Below, piece by piece: positions 8,359 through 14,376 of a DNA stretch of 16,343 nt (the stretch's first letter is position 1; the number at the start of each line of letters is the position of its first letter). The translations under genes were made by a program, and so were the position numbers. The notes under the pieces were generated by a model. That model searched no databases. It was not told where the DNA came from and saw only the letters and a program-made list of their open reading frames with translations. The DNA is from a bacterium (GTDB lineage Bacteria > Hinthialibacterota > Hinthialibacteria > Hinthialibacterales > Hinthialibacteraceae), in NCBI GenBank assembly GCA_041946805.1, contig JBHGBC010000137.1, forward strand, positions 1 to 16,343. The letters are read 5' to 3'.

Positions 8359-8375
8359 AAAAAGGGGGATTTTTC

Positions 8376-9449
8376 ATGCGCCGGGACAAGGGATTGGGGT
8401 ATGTCTATCGCCGGGGAAAATCATGGTACTTCCGTTTGCGGGTGGGGAAGATCGAGATCAACAAAATTCTGGTAGATCCCGCCACGGTGAAGCGGGCCGA
8501 GACCAAGGCCCACGCCTACCGGATCGCCAGCCTTGAGGCCGGCCGTTTTCTGGACCGGCCGGAGCGCGCGCCGGCCGTGAACCGGTTGGAGGATCTGGAC
8601 GCCGAGTATGTGCGCGCGTTTCCGTGTTCGCTGCATCCGAACAGTTGGAAGACCCGCGCGGGCGTCATGCGGGTTTTCCAGGAGTGGTTTCCGGCGGTGG
8701 CCGATATCAACCATGCCGCCCTGGGTGAATTCGTTTCCTGGAGGCTGAAGCAGCCCAGCCAGCGCGGCCGCGGGACAATCACGCCAGCCACTGTAAACCG
8801 GGAACTGGCTTTTTTGCGCCGGCTGCTGACGTGGGGCGCGAACACGGGGCGGATCGAGAGGAATCCCATGGCGGGATTCCGGATGCTGCGAGAGCACAAC
8901 AGCCGGGAGCGGGTGTTGTCGGACGAGGAGGTGCAGCGGTTGATGGCGGCGCTACGTCAACCGCGGTTCGCGGACATCCGGCTGATCGTGGAGATCGCCC
9001 TCTTCTGCGGGATGAGGCGCGGGGAAGTCTTCGGTTTGCGGTGGGTGGACGTGAACGAGCGAGAGCGGGTATTTGACCTGCTGTTCACGAAGTCCGGTCG
9101 GCGGCGGAAGGTTCCCATTCCCGGGGTTGTGTGGGAAGAATTGATGAAGCGGCCGCGGGAATCTGAATGGATCTTCCCTTCCCCGAAGACCGGCGGGTGC
9201 ATGGATAACATCCGCAAGTCGTGGGCCTCGTTGATGCGCGAGGCGCAGATCGAAGGCTTCACGTTCCATGACCTGAGGCACACGGCGGCCACCAGGATGG
9301 CGGAGAACTGCGATCTGAAAACTCTGATGGAAATACTGGGCCACAGCAATCCGCGCACGGCGCTGCGGTATCAGAATCCGGATCTGGAACGCCGGCGCCG
9401 CGCGGTGGAGGGCTGGGCGGAGAATTGCGGGGTGTCTGGGGAAGAATGA
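8376..9449 (+). CDS. int: Tyrosine recombinase/phage integrase
   Basis: N-terminal arm-binding-like GYVYRRGKSWYFRL, ITPATVNRELAFLR, and catalytic residues GMRRGE (R), TKSG (K), HDLRH (H-x-x-R), LGH and TALRY (Y). Adjacent to the tRNA. Confidence 0.95.
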   Translation: MRRDKGLGYVYRRGKSWYFRLRVGKIEINKILVDPATVKRAETKAHAYRIASLEAGRFLDRPERAPAVNRLEDLDAEYVRAFPCSLHPNSWKTRAGVMRVFQEWFPAVADINHAALGEFVSWRLKQPSQRGRGTITPATVNRELAFLRRLLTWGANTGRIERNPMAGFRMLREHNSRERVLSDEEVQRLMAALRQPRFADIRLIVEIALFCGMRRGEVFGLRWVDVNERERVFDLLFTKSGRRRKVPIPGVVWEELMKRPRESEWIFPSPKTGGCMDNIRKSWASLMREAQIEGFTFHDLRHTAATRMAENCDLKTLMEILGHSNPRTALRYQNPDLERRRRAVEGWAENCGVSGEE

Positions 9450-9452
9450 GGA

Positions 9453-9866
9453 TCAGGCGGTTTTGTATTCGGTGATGATTTGCAGTTCCGGGATATCCAG
9501 GAAGTCGGGGGCGTTGTGGGTTACCAGGGGAAGACGATAACGGATGGCGCAGGCTGCGATCCAGGCATCGGCGCTGGATATGGGATGCCCCAGTCGTTCA
9601 CGGCCGGCCACGAGTCGGCCGTAACATTGTGCGGTTTCACGGTCGGAAGGAATCTCCACGAAGTGGCGCAAGGTCATTTCGAGTTGTTGGCGTTTTGACG
9701 CACCCCACCGTTTTTTTTCCACGCCGTAATAGAGTTCTCCCACCGTGATGAAGGCGATCGCCGGGAATCTCTTTTGCAGGTGCGGGGCATACAGGCGGGC
9801 CAATTCGCCGCCGCGCATGAGATACGAGACGATGTTGGTGTCCACAAGCAGCATGGGAGAAGTCAT
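9453..9866 (-). CDS. vapC: PIN-domain VapC-family toxin (ribonuclease)
   Basis: 137 aa with LLVDTNIVS, ITVGELYYG, ISSADAWIAACA and LPLVTHNAPDF, the conserved acidic PIN residues. Confidence 0.93.
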   Translation of the reverse strand: MTSPMLLVDTNIVSYLMRGGELARLYAPHLQKRFPAIAFITVGELYYGVEKKRWGASKRQQLEMTLRHFVEIPSDRETAQCYGRLVAGRERLGHPISSADAWIAACAIRYRLPLVTHNAPDFLDIPELQIITEYKTA

Positions 9867-10144
9867 GGGCGGTTGGTGAACGCGGGATTGGCCTGGCGGA
9901 GCGCCCGGATATCCTCCTCGAAGCCATCGTTCTCATCTCCTGGCCAGGTGTTGAAAAGAATGCTGGGGTCCTCCAGGGGCGCGACGCCCTGGGATCGGAC
10001 TAAGGCCTCCAAGGAGGGCGGGAGATCCTGCATGGATTCGCCGGGGTGTGGGGTTGTGGGTTTCAATACGGGCATGAGAGACTCCTTTCGCAAAGCAAAC
10101 GTCTCATTGTTCATTATAGAAGCCTCTTTCATTTTTCCAATCAT
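9863..10144 (-). CDS. Putative antitoxin of the VapC toxin
   Basis: Small ORF with an acidic C-terminal region (SLEALVRSQGVAPLEDPSILFNTWPGDENDGFEEDIRALR). ATGA overlap with vapC. The start could be a later Met. Confidence 0.7.
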   Translation of the reverse strand: MIGKMKEASIMNNETFALRKESLMPVLKPTTPHPGESMQDLPPSLEALVRSQGVAPLEDPSILFNTWPGDENDGFEEDIRALRQANPAFTNRP

Positions 10145-10404
10145 TGAGGGTTGTCTTCGAACAGGTCGAGTTGCCGATACGCCTTGCGGTGTTCGAGGAC
10201 TCTAACGATTTCGTTTTCTCTACGCAGGCCAGTTTTGGTTTGGATCTGCCGGGTTTTCATTTCCACAACCAGGATGTCGCCTTTACGGAAATCGTTTCCT
10301 CGCTCAATGCTTATGATGAAGTCGGGATCGGTGATCTTAGCGTTGAGTTTGGAATTGCCATCGTGGAATTTCCATACAAGCCCCTCCCTGAAGGCAAGTG
10401 ATGA
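10141..10404 (-). pseudogene. C-terminal remnant (about 87 codons) of a phage/MGE hypothetical protein, 5' part missing
   Basis: SLAFREGLVWKFHDGNSKLNAKITDPDFIISIERGNDFRKGDILVVEMKTRQ...NEIVRVLEHRK is protein-like and lower in GC. Its stop overlaps the antitoxin ATG (ATGA). Upstream of about 10404 the frame is just the antisense of + strand genes. Confidence 0.7.
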
Positions 10405-10586
10405 AGGTGGAGCGGCCGGACCGCGGCCAGCCGCTGCTGGACGGGAGCCTGTCACTCTACACGGGGTCGCGGAATTTGAAGCTGCTGGGGTGGAGCCGGG
10501 AGTTGGAGATCCGGATCCACGGAGGAGCGCCGATGCCGTGCACGGTGTTGGGGATCCGAGGGGAGATTGAGATGAACCTGGGATGA
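10398..10586 (+). pseudogene. C-terminal remnant of a podovirus tail tubular protein B/nozzle-like protein
   Basis: SLYTGSRNLKLLGWSRELEIRIHGGAPMPCTVLGIRGEI resembles the typical C-terminus (FTG...LGW......I....PLP.TIL.I) of these normally large proteins. It sits directly before gp13/gp14-like genes. Confidence 0.65.
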
Positions 10587-10602
10587 GGCTTTGGAGACGG
10601 CG

Positions 10603-11121
10603 ATGGACGTGATCCCGATGACGGCGGGGATGATCGAGTTGGTAACGGCGGCGGATCCGGAGATGGAACGGTGGCTGCGGCGGCAGATCCGGGAGCACCT
10701 GCGGCAGGCGGGGGCGGAGGCGTGGGTGATGATGGACGGGCTGCAGGCGGTGGCGGTGGGGGGGATGACGAGCGCGCTGCACCGGCGGCGCATGGTGTGG
10801 CTCTACGCGGCGCCGGAGCGGGTGGCGGCCCATCCGCATGGATTCTACCGGACGTTGAAGGCGGAGATGGAGCGATTGCAAGCGCGGCAGGGGATCACGC
10901 TGGAGTGCACGGTGGACCAGTTGCACGAGGCGGGGCACCGGCTAGTCAGGCATTTGGGATTCGAGCGGGTGGGGATGTTCGTGTACGACGACCCGATGCA
11001 GTTGGCGCAGATTTTTTACCGCAAGAGGAAAGATCATGGGACTGGATCCGATCACGATGCTGGCCGGCGGGATGATGGCCTTGCAAGGGCTGTCGAGTTT
11101 TCAGGCCGGGCAAGCGAATAA
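10603..11121 (+). CDS. Phage GNAT-fold protein (T7 gp13/internal virion protein A-like)
   Basis: AWVMMDGLQAVAVGG...VWLYA...LECTVDQLHEAGHRLVRHLGFERVG is a GNAT-like pattern. GGAG at 10593-10596 precedes ATG 10603. Position between the tube B-like and gp14-like genes fits. Confidence 0.7.
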   Translation: MDVIPMTAGMIELVTAADPEMERWLRRQIREHLRQAGAEAWVMMDGLQAVAVGGMTSALHRRRMVWLYAAPERVAAHPHGFYRTLKAEMERLQARQGITLECTVDQLHEAGHRLVRHLGFERVGMFVYDDPMQLAQIFYRKRKDHGTGSDHDAGRRDDGLARAVEFSGRASE

Positions 11122-11464
11122 ACAATTGATGGAATCGCAGGCGCGGCAGGCGCAGGCGGCCAACGCGGCGAACGAGACCATCGAGGGCGAGCGGACGGCG
11201 GAGATGCTGTCCACGCTGCGGGCGGCGGCGTTCGCCGGCGGGACGACGCTGGCGGGGGCGCCGGTGGTGGCGGCGCAGGACATCCAGCGGAAGTACCTGC
11301 GGGACAAGACCATCCGGCAATACAACGTGAACGTGGAGTCGGAGGCGCTGCGCGGCCAAGGACGGATCGCGCAGTTGGAGGGCACGGCGGGCCTGCTGGG
11401 CGGACTGAGCGGCGGGCTGGTGACGATCGGGCGGTATGGGAAGAAGCCCAAGGGGGACAAATAG
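11036..11464 (+). CDS. Small internal virion/ejection protein (T7 gp14/P22 gp7-like)
   Basis: 142 aa, Ala/Gln/Gly-rich, with an MGLDPITMLAGG start, a QAGQAN...QARQAQAANAA helix and a GLLGGLSGG hydrophobic C-terminal segment. GAGG upstream. Confidence 0.7.
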   Translation: MGLDPITMLAGGMMALQGLSSFQAGQANKQLMESQARQAQAANAANETIEGERTAEMLSTLRAAAFAGGTTLAGAPVVAAQDIQRKYLRDKTIRQYNVNVESEALRGQGRIAQLEGTAGLLGGLSGGLVTIGRYGKKPKGDK

Positions 11465-11465
11465 C

Positions 11466-13954
11466 ATGGTGCTGCCAGGCTATGAACCGCAAGAACGTTT
11501 GACGCGCCGCGCGCCGGGGACGATGCTGCCGGTGAATTGGGCGCAAACGGCGCTGGCGCCGGCGACGCAGGCGCTGACCGAGGCGGTGCAGGAGGAGCGG
11601 GCGTATTGGGAGAACAACGAAGCCGCCAAGGTGTTGGCGGACGCCTACCGGATCGGGGACGACCTGTTGCGGCAGGTGGACGCGGGGGAGTTGCAGGAGA
11701 ACGAGGACGAGGTTCAGAAGCGCTACCGGGAGGCGTTGGACAAGCGGCTGGAGGGCGTGGACGGGCGGGTGCGGTCGCGGGCGTCGGTGCGGCTGGCGGA
11801 AGCGGCGCCGTACATGGAGAGCCGACTGATCGAGCGGGTGAAGACGCGGCGGGCGGAACGGGACAAGGCCGGGCTGATCACCGGGTTGGAGGACATTGCC
11901 AAGCAGGTGATCGACGCACCCACACACGACGCGGCCTTGATGATCTGGGAGCAATTGGCGGGGGGATTGGACCAATCGGGATTTTTGGGGCCGGTAGAAA
12001 AGCAGGTGATGCTGGGCCGGTACGCGGGGACGGTGTGGACGCCCCGGGTGAAGCGGATGCTGGAGCAGCCGGACGTGACCCTGGACGACGCGCGGGCTCA
12101 GGTGGAGCGGCTGCCGGGCCTATCGGCGGACCAGCGGGAAAATCTGCGGCAGATGATCGAAGAAGAAGGGGGGAGGATCAAGCGGACGGAATTGTCGAAC
12201 GATCTGGCGGACTTGCGGAACATCTACGTGACGAACACGCAGGACCGGGACATGCTGCGGATCGGGGTGGCGCAGATGTTGGAAGAGGCGGAACGGCAGG
12301 GGGTGTTGAAACCGGGAGAGCGATTAGTGGTATACCGGGAGTGGAACCGCGGGGCGCAACAGGAGGCCATGGACCGGGATGTGCTCACGCTGGGGGCGAT
12401 GGAAGTGCTGCGGCGCGTAGAGGACGGCCAGTATGGATTCGACGAGACGGACAAGACCGACGCGATCGAGCTTTTAAAAAAACCATCAAAGCGGAAGAGG
12501 ACCAGCGGCGGTATAACGAGAACCTGCGACAGGCGGAACAGCAAAAGAATTGGGACATGGAATTTTATGGGCGGTTGATGGAGTTTCGGGAGAATCCGGA
12601 TCTCGTGCAAGGAGAACAACTGAAGCGGGAGATCAAGGAGGCGATGAAGCGGGGGTGGGATCCGCGGACGGCGGCGGGGCTGTCGGCCCAGGTGGACGCG
12701 GAGATGGAATTATTCAAGAAGAAACAAGAGATGGAGGTGAGCATCGCGAACAAGTGGGGTTCGCCGGTGGCGCGGTTGAGCCAGGAGGAGGCGGACTATC
12801 AGTGGGAGCAGATCCGGGATGGATTGAAGAAACCAGAAACGGGACCAGGGGCGGCCGGGGCGATACCGGGCGCGGCGCTGGTGTCCCCGCCGAATTACGA
12901 GGACCTGGTGGTGGACACAGTTTTGAAGGGCGGGCGGTTCCCCACGGCGGTGAAGAACGACATCGAAGGGGTGGTGTCGCGGGGTAACACGCAGGGGATG
13001 CGGGAGATGGCGAACGTGGTGCGGCGGATCCAAACCGAGAACGCGCTGGTGGTGACGGAATTGAGTGAGGCCACGCGGGCGATCTTGGGGCAGATCCATG
13101 GGGACATGACGGACGAGGAGATTGGGGCGATCGTGCGCCGGGTGGCCGAGCCGAAGCCAGAGGAAGTAGGGTATCGGGAGAAGGTGGTCAATAGCGCAAG
13201 CGTGCAGAAGGCGATGGTGAACCGGTTCCGGGAAGCCATGCGGAGTCCGGGGGATTTCGAGCGGGTGACCGGGCTGCGGGCGGACCGCTATTACCCTGGC
13301 TTCGCGCCGGCGGAGGGAGATCCCATGGCAGCGGAGATGGAGGAGGCCTACGCGCGGAAGGTGAGCGAGAAGCGGATCTGGTACGGGGCGGCGCCGGACG
13401 AGGCGGAGCAGCAAGCCATGGCGGAGGTGCTGGCGGAGTACGGCCCGTTCTGGGATGGATCGGAGACGCGTTGGATGCAGCACGCGCCGGTGAATTATAT
13501 TCCGGACGCGGAGTGGCTGGCGCAGACGCTGGACGAATGGCTGCAGGCGCCGGGGCGGGAGTATCGGCTGCCGGCGAAGACGCCGGCGGAGAAAAAGATG
13601 GCGGACTTGACCTTTCCGCACATGGGATTGGCGCCGGCGATGCCGGAGACGAACCGGTTGAAGGCGACGCGGGTGCGGCTGAAGGTCAAGGAGGGGACGG
13701 AGAGGCAGGAGTTTCCGCAGTATTACGTGGAGGTATGGGGGGAGGACGGCTGGGAGCGGCTGCGGGACACGCGGAAGGATTCGCCCACGTTGAACCAGCC
13801 GGTGTTATGGGGCGGGTTTGACGTGTACCGGGAGTGGAGCGCGTACAACACGCGGAAGGGATTGGCTGAGCAGGTGGAGATGTGGGGCGAGGAGCAGAAG
13901 GCTATCCAGCAGGATAAGCAAGGCGATTCGTGGTCTCGGTATTATCTGCAATGA
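11466..13954 (+). CDS. Internal virion/ejection protein (gp15-like position), split by a -1 frameshift at 12471-12482; about 829 aa when joined, 370 aa if unshifted
   Basis: The frame of ATG 11466 is protein-like up to ...DAIELLKK and stops at 12578. The -1 frame is protein-like from KTIKAEEDQRRYNENL to TGA 13954. The switch point is CTT TTA AAA AAA C. Confidence 0.7.
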
Positions 13955-13963
13955 GGCGCGTGA

Positions 13964-14338
13964 ATGAATCAAGTGTTTTTGACGGGGAGAGCGGTGGCGG
14001 ATCCCGAGGTGACGTATACCCAGGGCGGGGTGCCGGTGGCGCGGATGCGGGTGGCGGTGGACCGCCGGTTCAAGAACGCCAGCGGAGAGCGGGAGACGGA
14101 TTTTATTCCGGTGACGGCGTGGCGGAAGTTGGCAGAGTTGTGTCAGCAATACGTCCACAAGGGGATGCTGATCGGCGTGACCGGGTCCTTGCGGCAGCAA
14201 CGCTACACGAACCAGGCGGGCGAGAAGCGGGTGGCGTATGAGGTGGTGGCGGACCAGGTGGAATTTTTGAGCCGGAAGCCGTCCGGGCCGGAGAACGGGG
14301 AAGTGGAAGCGGGGGCAGAGGGTGACGCGCCCTTTTAA
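13964..14338 (+). CDS. ssb: Single-stranded DNA-binding protein (bacterial type, short linker)
   Basis: MNQVFLTGRAVADPEVTYT...VAVDRRFKNASGERETDFIPVTAWRKLAELC..Y..KG.LIGVTGSL...YEVVADQVEFL, with acidic tip GDAPF. Confidence 0.95.
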   Translation: MNQVFLTGRAVADPEVTYTQGGVPVARMRVAVDRRFKNASGERETDFIPVTAWRKLAELCQQYVHKGMLIGVTGSLRQQRYTNQAGEKRVAYEVVADQVEFLSRKPSGPENGEVEAGAEGDAPF

Positions 14339-14376
14339 GTTATTCCTTACCTCCTATGTAAGGAGCGGATTGAAAC
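14339..14376 (+). CRISPR. Solitary CRISPR-repeat-like unit (type I-C-like); not an array
   Basis: GTTATTCCTTACCTCCTATGTAAGGAGCGGATTGAAAC (38 nt): 5' GT, perfect 7-bp stem TCCTTAC/GTAAGGA and 3' GGATTGAAAC. Single copy, with no cas genes in the window. Confidence 0.5.

Noticed and set aside
10393..10407. GGCAAGTGATGAAGG resembles the pseudo-spacer segment GGCAAGTGGATGAGG (14390-14404) and sits at the deletion junction
   Set aside because: Only an 8-nt exact match before a gap. Expected by chance and too short to call a protospacer.
10141..10938. 265-aa minus-strand ORF as a single gene
   Set aside because: The N-terminal about 180 aa are Arg/His/Pro-rich antisense of the + strand phage genes. 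Only the last about 87 codons look like real protein.
11537..12470. N-terminal part of the 805-aa track ORF
   Set aside because: Gly/Ala/Arg-rich shadow of the real frame starting at 11466. Only the part after the T4A7 site is protein-like.
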